In this document: positions 61,395-64,000 of the stretch, one piece after another | Numbering within the stretch: the stretch's first letter is position 1 | How the letters are laid out: the number at the start of each line of letters is the position of its first letter | Assembly (NCBI GenBank): GCA_950097015.1 | Contig: CATNEN010000029.1 | Location: 4,030,001 to 4,094,000, forward strand | DNA length: 64,000 nt | DNA from: Macrostomum hystrix | Lineage: Eukaryota > Animalia > Platyhelminthes | Direction: 5' to 3' | Made by a program: the position numbers and the translations under genes | Notes under the pieces: model-generated | What the model saw: only the letters and a program-made list of their open reading frames with translations | Told to the model about the DNA's origin: nothing | Databases searched by the model: none

Positions 61395-62690
61395 TTAGAT
61401 TCACTCACTCCCTCCCTGATCCTCATGTGGGATTCATGGGATTCACTCACTCCCTCCCTGATCCTCATGTGGGATTCATGGGATTCACTCACTCCCTCCC
61501 TGATCCTCATGTGGGATTCATGGGATTCACTCACTCCCTCCCTGATCCTCATGTGGGATTCATGGGATTCAGTCATTCCCTCCCTGATCCTCATGTGGGA
61601 TTCATGGGATTCAGTCATTCCCTCCCTGATCCTCATGTGGGATTCATGGGATTCACTCACTCCCTCCCTGATCCTCATGTGGGATTCATGGGATTCAGTC
61701 ACTCCCTCCCTGATCCTCATGTGGGATTCATGGGATTCAGTCACTCCCTCCCTGATCCTCATGTGGGATTCATGGGATTCAGTCATTCCCTCCCTGATCC
61801 TCATGTGGGATTCATGGGATTCAGTCATTCCCTCCCTGATCCTCATGTGGGATTCATGGGATTCAGTCACTCCCCTATCTGATCCTCATGTGGGATTCAT
61901 GGGATTCACTCACTCCCTCCCTGATCCTCATGTGGGATTCATGGGATTCAGTCACTCCCTCCCTGATCCTCATGTGGGATTCATGGGATTCAGTCATTCC
62001 CTCCCTGATCCTCATGTGGGATTCATGGGATTCAGTCATTCCCTCCCTGATCCTCATGTGGGATTCATGGGATTCAGTCACTACCTCCCTGATCCTCATG
62101 TGGGATTCAGTCACTCCCTCCCTGATCCTCATTTGGGATTCAGTCACTCCCTCCCTGATCCTCATTTGGGATTCAGTCACTCCCTCCCTGATCCTCATTT
62201 GGGATTCAGTCACTCCCTCCCTAATCCTCATTTGGAATTCATGGGATTCAGTCACTCCCTCCCTGATCTTCATTTGGGATTCAGTCACTCCCTCCCTGAT
62301 CCTCATTTGGGATTCACTCCCTCCCTGATCCTCATTTGGGATTCACTCCCTCCCTGATCCTCATTTGGGATTCAGTCACTCCCTCCCTAATCCTCATTTG
62401 GAATTCATGGGATTCAGTCACTCCCTCCCTGATCTTCATTTGGGATTCAGTCACTCCCTCCCTGATCTTCATTTGGGATTCACTTCCTCCCTGATCCTCA
62501 TTTGGGATTCACTCCCTCCCTGATCCTCATGTGGGATTCAGTCACTCCCTCCCTAATCCTCATTTGGAATTCATGGGATTCAGTCACTCCCTCCCTGATC
62601 TTCATTTGGGATTCAGTCACTCCCTCCCTGATCCTCATGTGGGATTCAGTCACTCCCTCCCTGATCCTCATTTGGGATTCAGTCTTTATG
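61395..62690. repeat. 42/33-bp minisatellite (cctccctgatcctcatgtgggattcatgggattcagtcactc)
   Basis: 42-bp units on the left grading into shorter deletion variants on the right. Confidence 0.95.
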
Positions 62691-63154
62691 AACTAGCATT
62701 TGAAGTTTCTCAGTCTTAATTGCAACAGTAAGTGCTTGAAGTTAGTCAGTATATTCTCTGGAAAATTTTCTAGTCAAATTCTACGAAAGCAAGCGGAGGT
62801 GTGTTTTCTTAGAAAAAATCTGTGAACCGGAAGCAAGTGACCAATGGGATTATCCGTGTAACAAGCTTGCAGATTAAGGTGTCCGGTCCGATACCACCGT
62901 TAGTTCTTTGCTATCTTTGTGTGCTCTGGAACAACAGAACTGAGTCGTGAGGTGGGTGGAGGCTACGGCATTGTTTGAACCAGCTGTTTGGTCAAAGAAT
63001 TCGTGTAGACGAAAAATTGACTAAGAGGATCGGTAGGGTTTGGCACTTACATTTTTTTGCTTTGAATCCCGAACAAGCGAGAGGGGATTTAGAAATATAG
63101 ATATTTAGAGATAGATAGAGATAGATATTTAGGAATATACGTATCTATGACTCC

Positions 63155-64000
63155 TAGATTGAGTAGAGTGGATAGAATTCTAGTTTGAGTAGAGTTGATA
63201 GACTTCTAGTTTGAGTAGAGTTGATAGACTTCTAGTTTGAGTAGAGTGGATAGACTTCTAGTTTGAGTAGAGTGGATAGACTTCTAGTTTGAGTAGAGTT
63301 GATAGACTTCTAGTTTGAGTAGAGTTGATAGACTTCTAGTTTGAGTAGAGTTGATAGACTTCTAGTTTGAGTAGAGTTGATAGACTTCTAGTTTGAGTAG
63401 AGTGGCAGGCTTCTAGTTTGAGTAGAGTGACAGGCTTCTAGTTTGAGTAGAGTGACAGGCTTCTAGTTTGAGTAGAGTGGATAGACTTCTAGTTTGAGTA
63501 GAGTTGATAGACTTCTAGTTTGAGTAGAGTGGATAGACTTCTAGTTTAAGTAGAGTTGATGGACTTCTAGTTTGAGCAGAGTGACAGGCTTCTAGTTTGA
63601 GTAAAGTGACAGGCTTCTAGTTTGAGTAGAGTGGCAGGCTTCTAGTATGAGTAGAGTGGCAGGCTTCTAGTTTGAGTAGAGTGACAGGCTTCTAGTTTGA
63701 GTAGAGTGACAGGCTTCTAGTTTGAGTAGAGTGGCAGGCTTCTAGTTTGAGTAGAGTGGCAGGCTTCTAGTTTGAGTAGAGTGACAGGCTTCTAGTTTGA
63801 GTAGAGTGGATAGACTTCTAGTTTGAGTAGAGTTGATAGACTTCTAGTTTGAGTAGAGTGGATAGACTTCTAGTTTGAGTAGAGTTGATAGACTTCTAGT
63901 TTGAGTAGAGTTGATAGACTTCTAGTTTGAGTAGAGTGGCAGGCTTCTAGTTTGAGTAGAGTGGCAGGCTTCTAGTTTGAGTAGAGTGACAGGCTTCTAG
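63155..64000. repeat. 25/26-bp minisatellite (ttgagtagagttgatagacttctagt), truncated by the window end
   Basis: Tandem units. Confidence 0.95.

Noticed and set aside
58563-62357. 703-aa and 386-aa ORFs
   Set aside because: They are repeat-derived; only short unique ends could be exonic.
1-64000. CRISPR-like appearance of 24-44-bp repeats
   Set aside because: Units are head-to-tail with no unique spacers, there are no cas genes, and the context is eukaryotic.

Overview
Eukaryotic (animal) genomic DNA. It has GT-AG introns, fairly GC-rich exons and about 39 distinct minisatellite arrays (units 14-49 bp) filling much of the window. This architecture suggests a macrostomid-type flatworm, but that is inference only. 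Five spliced genes could be rebuilt with consistent intron phases: a Ctr/SLC31 copper transporter (-, 20209-20898), isovaleryl-CoA dehydrogenase (+, 22232-30037), a RagC/D GTPase (+, 30601-36177), a TMX3-like thioredoxin membrane protein (+, 40044-45143) and a membrane-anchored multicopper oxidase of the MCO1/laccase type (+, 47441-55249). A sixth, unidentified membrane-protein gene probably lies on the - strand at about 38.9-39.6 kb, and weaker exon candidates occur in both flanks. Mobile elements: a full-length but dead mariner in IVD intron 1, a tRNA-headed SINE with a 13-bp TSD inside a minisatellite, and an inverted pair of a second tRNA-SINE. The most unusual signal is intron architecture. 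Introns are either minimal (67-99 bp) or, with one mariner-filled exception, inflated by a minisatellite, usually one array per intron. Two arrays are tandem copies of the 3' splice site itself. Two reverse-complementary arrays bracket three oxidase exons, and most arrays share a GGAT/ATCC core. All long ORFs in the track that lie within repeats are artefacts. No CRISPR arrays or rRNA genes are present.
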